DNA of 64,000 bases, taken from an uncultured beta proteobacterium. Its GTDB lineage: Bacteria; Pseudomonadota; Gammaproteobacteria; Burkholderiales; Burkholderiaceae_D. The stretch lies in assembly GCA_963720205.1 (NCBI GenBank), contig OY970390.1, forward strand, positions 3,900,570 to 3,964,569, written 5' to 3'. Made by a program: the position numbers and the translations under genes. Positions 49,486 to 64,000 of this stretch are shown here, one piece after another. The notes beneath the pieces are model-generated. The model was not told the DNA's origin and made no database searches. It worked only from the letters and a program-made list of their open reading frames with translations. How positions within the stretch are numbered: position 1 is the first letter of the stretch; the number at the start of each line of letters is the position of its first letter.

Positions 49486-50472
49486 ATGGACGCGCGCGAC
49501 GGCCCCATCGGCGCGACGGTCTCGCATGCGGAACCGGAAGGCGTCGGCGCGTACCTGCGCGCGCGGCGACTGGCGCTCGGCCTGACGCACGCCGACATCG
49601 CGAACGTCGTCAAGCTGCCGGCGCGCCGCATCGAGGCGCTCGAGGAAGAACGCTGGAGCGAGCTCCCCGACGGCCCGTACCTGCGCGGCTTCCTGCGCAA
49701 CGTCGCGCGGGCGCTCGACCTCGACGCCGCCACGCTGATGGACCGCGTCGACGCGTCGCTGATGCGGTCGCGCAATCCCGAAAGCATCCTCGTCACGCCG
49801 GTGCACACGACGGCGATGCTGCCGCGGCGCAACGGGCCGGTCGCCGACCGCCACGGCGGCCGGGCGCTGGTCTTCGGCGCGTTCGCGTTCGCCGTCGTCG
49901 CGGCGCTGATCGCGTGGTCGGGCACCGAATCGTTCGAGCGGATCGTCGGTCGTCCCGGCGCACTCGCGTCGAGCCTCGTCACGAGCCGCGACGCGGCGAC
50001 GCCGGCCGCGACGCACGACGACGACAAGGTGTCCGAACCGATCGCCGTCGCGCCGACGGTCGCGTCGCCGGCCGCGGTGGCGACGCCGCCCGCGGCGACG
50101 GGGGTGGCGCCCGGCTCGCCGACGCCGGCGAACCCGGCATCGTCGACCGGTCCGGCGGCGGTCACCACGACGCCCGTTCCCGGCGCAACCCCGACGACGA
50201 CCGCGCCGACGGCGACGGCCGCGCCCGGCGCCGCCGACGTCGCGCTCGTGTTCCACTTCACCGAGGATTCGTGGGTCGAGGTCAAGTCGGCCACCGGCCG
50301 CGTGCTGCTGCAGCGGCTCAACGCGGCGGGGTCCGACCAGACGGTCGACGGCGAGGCGCCGTACTCGCTGATCGTCGGCAACGCGAAAGGCGTCGCGCTG
50401 CGTTTCCACGGACAGCCGGTCGACCTCGGACCGTACACGCGCGATCAGGTGGCGCGACTGACGCTGTCCTGA
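49486..50472 (+). CDS. rodZ: RodZ-like protein (HTH, TM, DUF4115)
   Basis: [22 protein letters not shown]; one TM segment; SWVEV and IVGNA motifs. Confidence 0.85.
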   Translation: MDARDGPIGATVSHAEPEGVGAYLRARRLALGLTHADIANVVKLPARRIEALEEERWSELPDGPYLRGFLRNVARALDLDAATLMDRVDASLMRSRNPESILVTPVHTTAMLPRRNGPVADRHGGRALVFGAFAFAVVAALIAWSGTESFERIVGRPGALASSLVTSRDAATPAATHDDDKVSEPIAVAPTVASPAAVATPPAATGVAPGSPTPANPASSTGPAAVTTTPVPGATPTTTAPTATAAPGAADVALVFHFTEDSWVEVKSATGRVLLQRLNAAGSDQTVDGEAPYSLIVGNAKGVALRFHGQPVDLGPYTRDQVARLTLS

Positions 50473-50536
50473 GCGCCGCGGCGCGCCGCCGCCGTCCGCT
50501 GCCCGACCCCTCCGCGCCTTCACCGGAATCCCTTTC

Positions 50537-51860
50537 ATGGCCGCCTTGCCCGAACCTTCGTTTTCCGCTCCCGCCGCCGCAACGCGCGGACCGGCCGGCC
50601 GCCACGCGACGCGCGGCGTGCTGATCCGTCACGGCGGTCGCGTCGTCCGGGTCGGCGGCGACGCGCCGATCGTCGTGCAGTCGATGACGAACACCGACAC
50701 GGCCGACGCGATCGGCACGGCGATCCAGGTCAAGGCGCTCGCGCAGGCCGGCTCGGAGCTGGTGCGCATCACGGTCAACTCGCCGGAAGCGGCGCGCGAG
50801 GTCGCGGCGATCCGCGACCAGCTCGACCGCATGGGCGTCGACGTGCCGCTCGTCGGCGACTTCCACTACAACGGGCACAAGCTGCTGACGCAGTTCCCCG
50901 ACTGCGCGCGGGCGCTGTCGAAGTTCCGCATCAATCCGGGCAACGTCGGGTCCGGCGCGGGCGCGGGCAGCAAGCACGACGACAACTTCGCGCGGATGAT
51001 CGAGGTCGCGTGCCTGCACGACAAGCCGGTCCGCATCGGCGTCAACTGGGGCAGCCTCGACCAGGCGCTGCTCGCGCGCGTGATGGACGAGAACGCGGCG
51101 GCGCGCCGAGCCGCTCGACGCGCAGGCCGTGATGGTCGAGGCGCTGGTCACGTCGGCGATCGAGAGCGCGACGCGCGCCGAGGAGGTCGGTCTCGCGCGC
51201 GACGCGATCATCCTGTCGTGCAAGGTCTCCGGCGTGCAGGACCTGATCGCCGTCTATCGCGAGCTCGCGCGACGCTGCGACTATCCGCTGCACCTCGGCC
51301 TGACCGAGGCCGGCATGGGCAGCAAGGGCATCGTCGCGTCGACCGCGGCGCTCGCGGTGCTGCTGCAGCAGGGCATCGGCGACACGATCCGCATCTCGCT
51401 GACGCCCGAGCCGGGCGGCGATCGCACGAAGGAAGTCGTCGTCGCGCAGGAGATCCTGCAGACGATGGGCCTGCGCGCGTTCGCGCCGATGGTCATCGCG
51501 TGTCCCGGTTGCGGCCGCACGACGAGCACCGTGTTCCAGGAGCTCGCCGCGAGCATCCAGGGCTGGCTGCGCGAGCAGATGCCGCTGTGGAAGACGCGCT
51601 ACGCCGGCGTCGAGAACATGCACGTCGCGGTGATGGGCTGCATCGTCAACGGCCCCGGCGAGTCGAAGCACGCGGACATCGGCATCAGCCTGCCGGGCTC
51701 CGGCGAGAGCCCGGTCGCGCCGGTCTTCATCGACGGCGTGCGCGACGTCACGCTGAAGGGCGATCGCATCGCGGAAGAGTTCCAGGCGATCGTCGCCGGC
51801 TACGTCGAACGTCGCTACGGCCGCGCCGAAGCCGCGTTGCCGGCCGCGTTGCCGGCCTGA
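50537..51860 (+). CDS. ispG: HMBPP synthase IspG (apparent indel near 51100)
   Basis: [39 protein letters not shown] and [10 protein letters not shown] motifs. Confidence 0.96.
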
Positions 51861-51863
51861 TCG

Positions 51864-53262
51864 ATGACGCAGTCGCCCGGGTCCGGCGCGCTGCGTGCGG
51901 TGCGCGGCATGAACGACGTGCTGCCCGCCGAGGCCGCGCGCTGGGAACGCTTCGAGGAAGCGGCGGCCGGCGTCGCGCGCGCGTACGGCTATCGACGCAT
52001 CCGCACGCCGATCGTCGAGCACACGGCGCTGTTCGTGCGCGGCATCGGCGACGTGACCGACATCGTCGAGAAGGAGATGTACGCGTGGGACGACAAGGCC
52101 GACAAGGACGGTCGTCAGGAGCAGCTCGCGCTGCGTCCCGAGAACACGGCGTCGGTCGTGCGCGCGTCGATCGAGCACAACCTGCTGTACGACGGTCCGC
52201 AGCGGCTCTGGTACGTCGGACCGATGTTCCGTCGCGAGCGGCCGCAGCGCGGACGCACGCGGCAGTTCCACCAGTTCGGCGTCGAGGCGCTCGGCTTCGC
52301 GGGTCCCGACGTCGACGCGGAGGTGATCTTCCTCGCGAAGCGTCTGTTCGACGACCTCGGACTGCGCGACATCCGCCTCGAGATCAACAGCATCGGGCAG
52401 CTCGACGAGCGCGCCGCGCATCGCGTCGCGCTGATCGAGTACTTCGAGGCGAACGAGCAGCTGCTCGACGACGACGCGAAGCGGCGCCTGCACGCGAACC
52501 CGCTGCGCATCCTCGACACGAAGAATCCGGAGATGCAGGCGCTCGTCGAGTCGGCCCCGCCGCTGTGGGCGTTCCTCGGCGAGGCGTCGCGCGCGCACTT
52601 CGAAGGCGTGAAGTCCCGGCTCGACGATGCCGGCGTCGAGTACCGCGTCAACCCGCGGCTGGTGCGCGGCCTCGACTACTACAACCTCACCGTGTTCGAG
52701 TGGGTCACCGACGCGCTCGGCGCGCAGGGCACGGTGTGCGGCGGCGGACGGTACGATCCGCTCGTCGAGCATGCTCGGCGGCAAGCCGGCGCCGGCGTGC
52801 GGCTTCGCGATCGGCGTCGAGCGGCTGCTCGAGCTGATGCCGGCCGACGCGACGTCCGACGAGCCGTGGTGCGACGTGTACGTCGTCCATCACGGCGACG
52901 CGGCCGCGCGGCTCGCGATGAAGGTCGCCGAAGGCCTGCGCACCGTCGGCCTCGACGTCGTCCTGCATTGCGCGACGGCCGCCGGCATCGGCAGCTTCAA
53001 GTCGCAGATGAAGAAGGCCGACGCGAGCGGCGCCGCGTTCGCGGTGATCCTCGGCGACGACGAGGTCGCGGCGAACGAGGCGACCGTCAAGCCGCTGGCG
53101 CGCGACGGCGCCGGACCGCACGAACAACGACGCGTCGCGCTCGACGCGCTGACGACGATGCTCGTCGACGCGCTCGTCGGCGGCGACGACCCGGCGGACG
53201 ACCTCGACATCGACACGGCGACGAACCCGACGTCCGACGACGTCGGGGCGCGACCGCACTGA
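51864..53262 (+). CDS. hisS: Histidine--tRNA ligase (apparent indel near 52770)
   Basis: [41 protein letters not shown] and GGGRYD motifs. Confidence 0.96.
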
Positions 53263-53275
53263 ACACGGAGACCGA

Positions 53276-54100
53276 GTGGCCTACGATCTGGAAGAACAGG
53301 AGCAAATCGCTTCGTTGAAGGCGTGGTGGGACCGCTACGGCAACGCGCTGTCGAGCCTCGTGCTCGGCATCGCCGTCGCGGTGGCCGGCTACAACGTCTG
53401 GCAGTGGTATCAGCGCGACCGCACCGCGAAGGCGGCCGGCGCGTACGAGGAGCTGCAGCGCGCGGTCGCCGCGAAGGATGCGGCGCACGTCCGCGAGATC
53501 ACCGGCCTCCTGCTCGACCGCTACGGCTCGACCGCGTACGCCGAGATGGGCGCGCTGCTGGCCGCGAAGGCGAACGTCGACGCGGGCGACGCGAAGACGG
53601 CGAAGGCGCAACTGCAGTGGACGATCGACCACGCCGTCGATCCCGAGTACCGCGCGATCGCGCGCATCCGCATGGCCGGCCTGCTGCTGGACGAGCACGA
53701 CGACGCGGGCGCGATGAAGCAGGTCGACGCGGCGAGCGCCGGCGAGCTGTCGGTGCCGTTCCAGGCCGCGTTCGCCGATCGTCGCGGCGACATCCTGCTG
53801 GCCGAGAACAAGGTCGACGATGCGAAGCGCGAATACACGACGGCGCTGTCGCTGCTGCAAAGCCGACCCGAAGGCCGCACCTACGCGAACGTCGTGCAGC
53901 TCAAGCTCGACGGGCTGATGGGCGGCATGGCGGCGGCCGCGCCGGCACCGGCCCCGACCGCCGCGGCGCAACCCGCGACGTCGACGCCGCCTGCCGCGAC
54001 GCCGCTCGCGTCGTCCGCGACACCGGCCGCATCGTCGAAGCCGCAGGCCACGTCGTCGGCATCGCCGCCGTCGACCACCGTTCCGGGAGCCAAGCCGTGA
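53276..54100 (+). CDS. yfgM: YfgM family TPR membrane protein with an Ala/Pro/Ser/Thr-rich tail
   Basis: [17 protein letters not shown] and DRRGDIL; lies between hisS and bamB. Confidence 0.88.
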   Translation: MAYDLEEQEQIASLKAWWDRYGNALSSLVLGIAVAVAGYNVWQWYQRDRTAKAAGAYEELQRAVAAKDAAHVREITGLLLDRYGSTAYAEMGALLAAKANVDAGDAKTAKAQLQWTIDHAVDPEYRAIARIRMAGLLLDEHDDAGAMKQVDAASAGELSVPFQAAFADRRGDILLAENKVDDAKREYTTALSLLQSRPEGRTYANVVQLKLDGLMGGMAAAAPAPAPTAAAQPATSTPPAATPLASSATPAASSKPQATSSASPPSTTVPGAKP

Positions 54101-55281
54101 GCCGCACGACCCTCTTCGCGCGGATCGTCGCGCTCGGCCTCGCGGTCGGCCTCGTGCTCGCCGTCGGCGGCTGTGCGTGGTGGGACGACGTCTACCTCTT
54201 CTCGACCGAGCCGAAGAACAAGCCGGCGAAGCTCGAGCCCTTCACGGCGACGCTGTCGGTCAAGCCGCTGTGGAACGCGAGCGTCGGCAAGGCCGGCCGC
54301 TACTTCTTCTCGCCGGCCGTCATCGGCCCGGACGTGATCGCGGCCGGCGCGAAGGGCATCGTCGAGCGGCGGGTGCTCGCGACCGGCCTCGTGGTGTGGC
54401 GCACCGATCTCGACGTGCCGCTCGCCGCCGGCGTCGGCTCCGACGCGAACACGACGGTCGTCGTCACCGCCAGCGGCGACGTGATCGCGCTCGACGCGGA
54501 CGGCAAGCCGCGCTGGCGCGTGCCGACCGGCACCGAGGTGCTGAGCGCGCCGGCGGTCGGCGAAGGCCTCGTCATCGTGCGCACGACCGACAGCCGCATG
54601 ATCGCGTACGACGCCGACAGCGGGCACAAGCGCTGGACGTACACGCGAACGACGCAGCCGCTGACGCTGCGCACGAATCCGGGCATCACGATCGAAGGGT
54701 CGCTCGTGTTCGCCGGCTTCCCCGGCGGCCGCCTCGTCGCGCTGAACACCGCGACCGGCGTGCTGCGCTGGGAAGGCTCGGTCGCGGTGCCGAAGGGCGC
54801 GACCGAACTCGAGCGCGTCGCGGACGTCGTCGGCACGCCGGTCGTGTCGGGCCGCGAGGTCTGCGCCGGCGCGTTCCAGGGCCGCGTCGGCTGCTTCGAC
54901 GCGTCGACCGGCAACGTCGTCTGGAGCCGCGACCTGTCGACCTCGACCGGCATCGCGATCGACGGGCGCTTCGCGTACGTGACGGACGCGAACTCGACGG
55001 TCAACGCGCTGACGCGGTCGAGCGGCGCGACGATCTGGAAGAACGACAAGATGGGTTATCGCCGCATGACGGAGCCGGTGTCGGTCGGCCGCGCGATCGT
55101 CGTCGGCGACTATCGCGGCTTCGTGCACTGGCTGTCGCGCGAGGACGGGTCGCTGATCGCGCGCACCACCACCGACGGCTCGCCGCTCGTCATCGCACCG
55201 GTCGCGTTCTCGGTCGGCAGCGCGCCCGCCGTGCTGTTCCAGACGCCCGACGGCGATCTCTACGCGTTCGTCAGCGAGTAG
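54097..55281 (+). CDS. bamB: Outer membrane protein assembly factor BamB
   Basis: Lipoprotein signal (VGGC); PQQ-like beta-propeller repeats; PKGATELER; [10 protein letters not shown]. Confidence 0.93.
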   Translation: MSRTTLFARIVALGLAVGLVLAVGGCAWWDDVYLFSTEPKNKPAKLEPFTATLSVKPLWNASVGKAGRYFFSPAVIGPDVIAAGAKGIVERRVLATGLVVWRTDLDVPLAAGVGSDANTTVVVTASGDVIALDADGKPRWRVPTGTEVLSAPAVGEGLVIVRTTDSRMIAYDADSGHKRWTYTRTTQPLTLRTNPGITIEGSLVFAGFPGGRLVALNTATGVLRWEGSVAVPKGATELERVADVVGTPVVSGREVCAGAFQGRVGCFDASTGNVVWSRDLSTSTGIAIDGRFAYVTDANSTVNALTRSSGATIWKNDKMGYRRMTEPVSVGRAIVVGDYRGFVHWLSREDGSLIARTTTDGSPLVIAPVAFSVGSAPAVLFQTPDGDLYAFVSE

Positions 55282-55341
55282 GCCCATGGACCGCGCGCCC
55301 ACGACGATCGGGCAGGATCGTCCGACGCCGCGGCCCCCGGC

Positions 55342-56708
55342 ATGACGACCGGCAAGCCGCTGCCGGTGATCGCCATCGTCGGCCGGCCGAACGTCGGCAA
55401 GTCGACGCTGTTCAACCGGCTGACGCGTTCGCGCGACGCGCTCGTCGCCGACCTGCCGGGCCTGACGCGCGACCGCCATTACGGCACCGGCCGCGTCGGC
55501 GAGCGCCCGTTCCTCGTGATCGACACCGGCGGCTTCGAGCCGGTCGCGAAGGAAGGCATCGTCCACGAGATGGCGAAGCAGACGCGCCAGGCGATCGCCG
55601 AGGCCGACGCGTTGCTGTTCCTCGTCGACGGCCGCCAGGGCCTGACCGGCGCGGACCAGGCGATCGCCGACGACCTGCGGCGCGCCGGCCGGCCGCTGGT
55701 CGTCGCGGTCAACAAGGCCGAAGGCATGCGTCACGGCACGGTGACCGCGGAGTTCCACGAGCTCGGCCTCGGCGAGCCGCGTCGCGATCTCGTCGGCGCA
55801 CGGCGACGGCGTCCGCGAACTCGTCGACGCTGCTGCTCGACCGCGTCGCGCCGGCCCCGACCGTCGACGACGACGAGCCTGCCGACGACGAAGGACCGCG
55901 CCGCATCAAGATCGCGATCGTCGGCCGCCCGAACGTCGGCAAGTCGACGCTCGTCAACGCGCTGCTCGGCGAGGAGCGCGTGATCGCGTTCGACCAGCCG
56001 GGCACCACGCGCGACAGCATCTACATCGACTTCGAACGCGACGGCAAGCCGTACACGCTGATCGACACGGCGGGCCTGCGCCGTCGCGGCAAGGTGTTCG
56101 AGGCCGTCGAGAAGTTCTCGGTCGTCAAGACGCTGCAGTCGGTCGTCCGACGCGAACGTCGTCGTGCTGGTGCTCGACGCGCGGCAGGAGATCTCGGACC
56201 AGGACGCGCACATCGCCGGCTTCGTCGTCGAGTCGGGTCGTGCGCGTCGTCGTCGCGATCAACAAGTGGGACGGCCTCGACGACTACGCGCGCGAGCGGA
56301 TCAAGCGCGACGCGGCGCGCAAGCTCCAGTTCCTGGCGTTCGCGCGCACGCATCACATCTCGGCGACGAAGGGGCAGGGCATCGCGTCGCTGATGAAGTC
56401 GGTCGACGCCGCGGCCGCGGCCGCGTTCGCGAAGCTGCCGACGCCGAAGCTGACGCGCGCGCTGATCGCGGCCGTCGACCGCCAGACCCCGCCGCGTCGC
56501 GGCCTGTCGCGACCGAAGCTGCGCTACGCGCACCAGGGCGGCCAGAACCCGCCGGTCATCGTCATGCACGGCAACTGCGCTCGACCAGGTGCCCGAGACG
56601 TACCGGCGCTATCTCGAGACGACGTTCCGCGAAACTTTTTCGCTGCAGGGAACTCCACTGCGCGTCGAGTTCCGCTCCACCCGCAATCCTTACGCGGCGC
56701 AAGGCTGA
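55342..56708 (+). CDS. der: Ribosome biogenesis GTPase Der (apparent indels)
   Basis: Two [10 protein letters not shown]-loops; [13 protein letters not shown]; GTPLRVEF. Confidence 0.96.
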
Positions 56709-56951
56709 AACGACCGCCGTCCTTCCACCCCGGCTCGTCGCGGGCGGCAAGCGGTGGCGCCTGCATGGCGACGGAGCGCGAAATCGATTACATTGAATTT
56801 TCGGCCGTCCGTCGTTCGTGGACGCGTCGGTCACGCCGCGGCTCGTCGGCGGCTCCGTTGAAGATCGTCGGCCGGGACCTATCTGCGAAGGGTCCCGATC
56901 CAGCACGTCTCGACGGCCTCCTCATCAAACCAAGACCTCCGGAGCATCACC

Positions 56952-57188
56952 ATGAGCAACAAGGGGCAACTGCTGCAAGACCCGTTCTTGAACGCCTTGC
57001 GCAAGGAACACATTCCCGTCTCGATCTACCTCGTCAACGGCATCAAGCTGCAGGGCCAGATCGAATCGTTCGACCAGTACGTCGTCCTGTTGCGCAACAC
57101 GGTCACGCAGATGGTCTACAAGCACGCCATCTCGACCGTGGTGCCCGCCCGCGCGGTGAACTTCTCGGTGGAGCAGCCGGCCGAATGA
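56952..57188 (+). CDS. hfq: RNA chaperone Hfq
   Basis: [22 protein letters not shown] and [10 protein letters not shown] motifs. Confidence 0.98.
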   Translation: MSNKGQLLQDPFLNALRKEHIPVSIYLVNGIKLQGQIESFDQYVVLLRNTVTQMVYKHAISTVVPARAVNFSVEQPAE

Positions 57189-57195
57189 GCGACCG

Positions 57196-58490
57196 GTGAG
57201 GACGAGCAGCGCGCGCGTGGCGACGTCGACCGACGTCGACCTCACGGAGCGGACCGTCCCGCGAGCGGACGCGGGCCTCGACGCGCCGCAGCCGTCGCGT
57301 CGCGTCGCGACGGCGACGGGCACCGCGCAGCCGCGGGCGCTGCTCGTGTCGGTCGACTTCGGACACACCGACGCGCAGGCGAGCCTCGACGAGCTCGTGC
57401 TGCTCGACGTCGTCGGCGGGCGCCGATCCGGTCGCGGTCGTCCGCGGGAAGCGTCGCGCGCCCGACGCCACCACGTTCATCGGATCGGGCAAGGTCGACG
57501 AGATCGCGGCGCGGCGTCGCGTCCGACGCGATCGACCTCGTCGTCTTCGACCACGCGCTGTCGCGGCGCGCAGCAGCGCAACCTCGAACGTCGCCTCGAC
57601 ATCAACGTCGTCGACCGCACGGCGCTGATCCTCGACATCTTCGCGCAGCGCGCGAAGAGCCACGAGGGCAAGGTGCAGGTCGAGCTCGCGCAGCTCAGCC
57701 ATCTCGCGACGCGCCTCGTGCGCGGCTGGACCCACCTCGAGCGGCAGAAGGGCGGCATCGGCCTGCGCGGTCCCGGCGAGACGCAGCTCGAGACCGACCG
57801 CCGGCTGATCGGCGATCGCGTGCGAGATGCTGAAGACGAAGCTCGAGCGCTTCGGCCGGCAGCGCGCGACGCAGCGTCGCTCGCGCGGTCGCGGCAACGC
57901 GGTGTCGGTCTCGCTCGTCGGCTACACGAACGCCGGCAAGTCGACGCTGTTCAACGCGCTGACGCACGCAGACGCGTATGCGGCCGACCAGCTGTTCGCG
58001 ACGCTCGACACGACGTCGCGCCGGCTCTATCTCGAGGGCGCCGGCCAGATCGTGCTGTCCGACACGGTCGGCTTCATCCGCGAGCTGCCGCACTCGCTGG
58101 TCGAGGCGTTCAGGGCGACGCTCGAGGAGACGATCCACGCCGACCTGCTGCTGCACGTCGTCGACGTCGCGAGCCCGCAGCGGGCCGAACAGATCGCGCA
58201 GGTCAACGCCGTGCTGGCCGAGATCGGCGCCGCCGACATCCCGCAGATCCTGGTCTTCAACAAGATCGATGCGTCCGACCTGCCGCCCGCGGTCGAGCGG
58301 GACGCAGCGTGATAACATCCGCCGCGTTTCACTGAGCGCGCGGACGGGCGCCGGTCTGGTCGAGTTGCGCGGCGCGCTCGTCGAAGCCGCCAACGGTATT
58401 CGCGAGAGCCGGCAGGCGGAGCTTCCCGACGGAACGTCTCCCGCCGGCGAACGGCAACGCAGCGATCGCGGCAACGCGCTCGACGCGTAG
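57196..58490 (+). CDS. hflX: GTPase HflX (apparent indels; start uncertain)
   Basis: [51 protein letters not shown] and NKID motifs. Confidence 0.94.
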
Positions 58491-58672
58491 AATCCCTCGC
58501 CGTCCGGGGCGGCCGCGTACGGCGCTCTCGTCTGTCCCCGCCGGCGCTCGCGCCTCTTCGTTCGTCGACGCCGGCGTCCCGCTGCCTCGATCCGTTGGTC
58601 CAACTTTCGACGCGCCGCATCGTCCGCGCTACGATCCGTCCCGTCCACAACTTCCGTTCCCGGCCGACTGCG

Positions 58673-59941
58673 GTGCAGACTTCCCTCGAGGCGTTCGATC
58701 CGCGCGTGCTTTCCGAAGGCGGGCCCGACAACCGTCGTCCCGGCCGTCGCGACGGTCCGCCGGACCTCGAGGAGCTCTGGCGCGACCTGAACCGCCGCCT
58801 GTCGGGGCTGTTCGGTCGCCGCAACCGGCCGATGCGCGAGACGCAGGGCGGCTCCAGCCCCACGCCCGGAGACGGTCGCAGCACGCTCGCGCTGGTCGGC
58901 ATCGTGGTCGCGATCGTCGTGGCGATCTGGCTCGCGAGCGGCTTCTTCATCGTGCAGGAAGGCCAGACCGGCGTCATCTTCCAGTTCGGTCGGTACAAGT
59001 CGATGACCGGCGCCGGCATCCAGTGGCGTCTGCCGTATCCGTTCCAGAGCGACGAGATCGTCAACATCTCCGGCGTGCGGACGGTCGAGGTCGGCTACAG
59101 CGGCAGCCTGCGCACGAAGGTGCCGCGCGAGTCGCTGATGCTGACCGACGACGAGAACATCATCGACGTGCAGATGGCGGTGCAGTACCGGCTGAAGGAC
59201 GCGCCCGAGTACCTGTTCAACAACCGCGATCCCGACGACACCGTGAAGCAGGCGGCCGAGACGGCGATCCGCGAGGTCGTCGGCCGCAGCAAGATGGACA
59301 CGGTGCTGTACGAGGGCCGTGAGCAGGTCGCGATCCAGGTCAACGCGCTGATGCAGCAGATCCTCGACCGCTATCGCACCGGCATTCTCATCACGAGCGT
59401 GACGCTGCAGAACGCGCAGCCGCCCGAGCAGGTGCAGGCCGCGTTCGACGACGCCGTGAAGGCGGGCCAGGACCGCGAGCGATCGAAGAACGAAGGGCAG
59501 GCCTACGCGAACGACGTGATCCCGCGCGCGCGCGGCAACGCGTCGCGGCTGCTGCAGGAAGCCGACGGCTACAAGCAGCGCGTGATCGCGACGGCCGAAG
59601 GCGACGCGAGCCGCTTCAACCAGGTCGTCACCGAGTACGCGAAAGCGCCGGGCGTGACGCGCGAGCGGATGTACATCGACGCGATGCAGGAGATCTACTC
59701 GAACGTCGTCAAGGTGGTGGTCGACTCGCACGCGGGCGGCAACCTGCTGATGCTGCCGCTCGACAAGCTGGTCCAGGCCGCGCAGGACAACGCGCATCAG
59801 AACGCGCCGTCGCAGGCATCGCCGGCGTCGACCCCGCCGTCGGCGGCGGCCGCGCCGCCGGCCGCGATGTCGGGCGGCGACAGCGGCGACCCGCGCTCCC
59901 GCGACAGCCTGCGCAGCCGCGACCGGGACGCCGCGCGATGA
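58673..59941 (+). CDS. hflK: FtsH modulator HflK (start approximate)
   Basis: [20 protein letters not shown] and [12 protein letters not shown] motifs. Confidence 0.94.
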   Translation: MQTSLEAFDPRVLSEGGPDNRRPGRRDGPPDLEELWRDLNRRLSGLFGRRNRPMRETQGGSSPTPGDGRSTLALVGIVVAIVVAIWLASGFFIVQEGQTGVIFQFGRYKSMTGAGIQWRLPYPFQSDEIVNISGVRTVEVGYSGSLRTKVPRESLMLTDDENIIDVQMAVQYRLKDAPEYLFNNRDPDDTVKQAAETAIREVVGRSKMDTVLYEGREQVAIQVNALMQQILDRYRTGILITSVTLQNAQPPEQVQAAFDDAVKAGQDRERSKNEGQAYANDVIPRARGNASRLLQEADGYKQRVIATAEGDASRFNQVVTEYAKAPGVTRERMYIDAMQEIYSNVVKVVVDSHAGGNLLMLPLDKLVQAAQDNAHQNAPSQASPASTPPSAAAAPPAAMSGGDSGDPRSRDSLRSRDRDAAR

Positions 59942-60838
59942 TCAATCGCATCATCGTCGTCGTGCTCGGCGTCGTCATCGCGCTGATGATCCTGTCGTCG
60001 ACGTTCTACGTCGTCGACCAGCGCCGCTTCGCGATCCTGTTCGCGTTCGGCGAGATCCGCGACGTGATCCGCGAGCCGGGCCTGCACTTCAAGCTGCCGC
60101 CGCCGTTCGAGAACGTCGTGTTCCTCGACAAGCGCATCCAGACGATCGACACGCCCGAGGCCGAGCGCTTCATCACGTCCGAGAAGCGCAACGTGCTCGT
60201 CGACACGTACGTCAAGTGGCGCATCGTCGACCCGAAGCAGTACTACATCAGCATCGGCGCCGACACCGAGCGCGCGGTGATCCGCATGGGCCAGATCGTC
60301 AAGGCCGCGCTGAACGAGGAGATCACGAAGCGCACGACGCACGACGTCGTGTCCGGCGAGCGCGAGCAGGTGATGGCGGCCATCAAGCAGAAGGTCGCCG
60401 ACGAGGCGAAGCAGATCGGCGTCGAGATCGTCGACGTGCGGCTGAAGCGCGTCGACCTGCTGCCCGAGATCGCCGAGTCGATCTATCGCCGCATGGAGGC
60501 CGAGCGTCGCCGCGTCGCGAACGAGTTGCGCTCGACCGGCGCCGCCGAGTCCGAGAAGATCAAGGCCGACGCCGACCGGCAGCGCGAGGTCATCATCGCC
60601 GAGGCCTATCGCGACGCCGAGCGCACGAAGGGCGAAGGCGACGCGCGCGCGTCGGCGATCTATGCGCAGGCGTTCGGCTCGAACCCCGAGTTCTACGCGT
60701 TCTATCGCAGCCTCGACGCGTACCGCCGCAGCTTCCGCGGCAAGTCCGACGTGTTCGTCGTCGATCCGTCGACCGACTTCTTCAAGTACCTGCAGCAGCC
60801 CGGACGCGTCGGCCGCGCCGGCCGCGCGCCGGCGCTGA
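59938..60838 (+). CDS. hflC: FtsH modulator HflC (runs in frame into DUF2065 as assembled; end inferred)
   Basis: [23 protein letters not shown]-like KGEGDA and [11 protein letters not shown] motifs. Confidence 0.9.
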
Positions 60839-60855
60839 TCGCGGCCGCGAATGCC

Positions 60856-63564
<2,709 letters not shown>

Positions 63565-63578
63565 CGCGCGTCGCCGCC

Positions 63579-64000
63579 ATGCCCGTTCCCGCATCGACCG
63601 ATTCCGACCTCTGGCTCGGCTACGACGACTACTACCGGCTGATCGAGCGGCTCTGCCTGCAGATCCACGAGTCGGGCTGGAAGTTCGACCAGATCCTGTG
63701 CCTCGCCCGCGGCGGCATGCGCGTCGGCGACGTGATCTCGCGGATCTTCGACCTGCCGCTCGCGATCCTGTCGACGAGCTCGTATCGCGAGGACGGCGGC
63801 ACGACGAAGGGCGAGCTCGACATCGCGAAGTACATCACGATCAGTCGCGGCACGTTCGGCGGCCGCGTGCTGCTGGCCGACGATCTGGTCGACTCGGGCG
63901 TCACGCTCGAGCGGGTCAGCGAGCACCTGAAGCGCCGCTTCCCCGAGGTCGAGGAGGTGCGGACCGCGGTGATCTGGTGGAAGGGATCGTCGCAGTTCAA
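63579..64000 (+). CDS. Type I phosphoribosyltransferase (purine PRTase-like), truncated by the window edge
   Basis: LCLARGG and LLADDLVDSGVTL PRPP-binding motif; follows purA. Confidence 0.85.
   Translation, partial: MPVPASTDSDLWLGYDDYYRLIERLCLQIHESGWKFDQILCLARGGMRVGDVISRIFDLPLAILSTSSYREDGGTTKGELDIAKYITISRGTFGGRVLLADDLVDSGVTLERVSEHLKRRFPEVEEVRTAVIWWKGSSQF

Overview
High-GC Betaproteobacterial (Burkholderiales-like) core-chromosome window. Recognisable genes, in order: prfB (with the programmed +1 frameshift) and lysS; relA; ppk1/ppx; sixA-dgkA-GT4-plcP-like; tRNA-Val(GAC); thrS-infC-rpmI-rplT-pheS-pheT-ihfA-MerR; tRNA-Pro(GGG); surE-pcm-nlpD (no rpoS)-exonuclease-rlmD; yccA; ndk-rlmN-pilW-rodZ-ispG-hisS-yfgM-bamB-der-hfq-hflX-hflK-hflC-DUF2065-hisZ-purA-PRTase. 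Many essential genes carry single-base indels, which points to an unpolished long-read assembly rather than pseudogenes. I found no integrase, transposase or CRISPR array. The most interesting signals are: (i) two clear 11-bp-periodic Pho-box arrays, one before a plcP/glycosyltransferase/dgkA lipid-remodelling operon and one before an accessory module of Tat-type phosphoesterase, orphan amino-acid-type binding protein and PEP-CTERM protein beside tRNA-Pro; (ii) a Thr-rich leader ORF with hairpin and terminator upstream of thrS (possible attenuator); (iii) a Lys-rich histone H1-like gene directly downstream of ppk1; (iv) a ~1160-aa internally duplicated CPBP protease; (v) a family of intergenic palindromic repeats.
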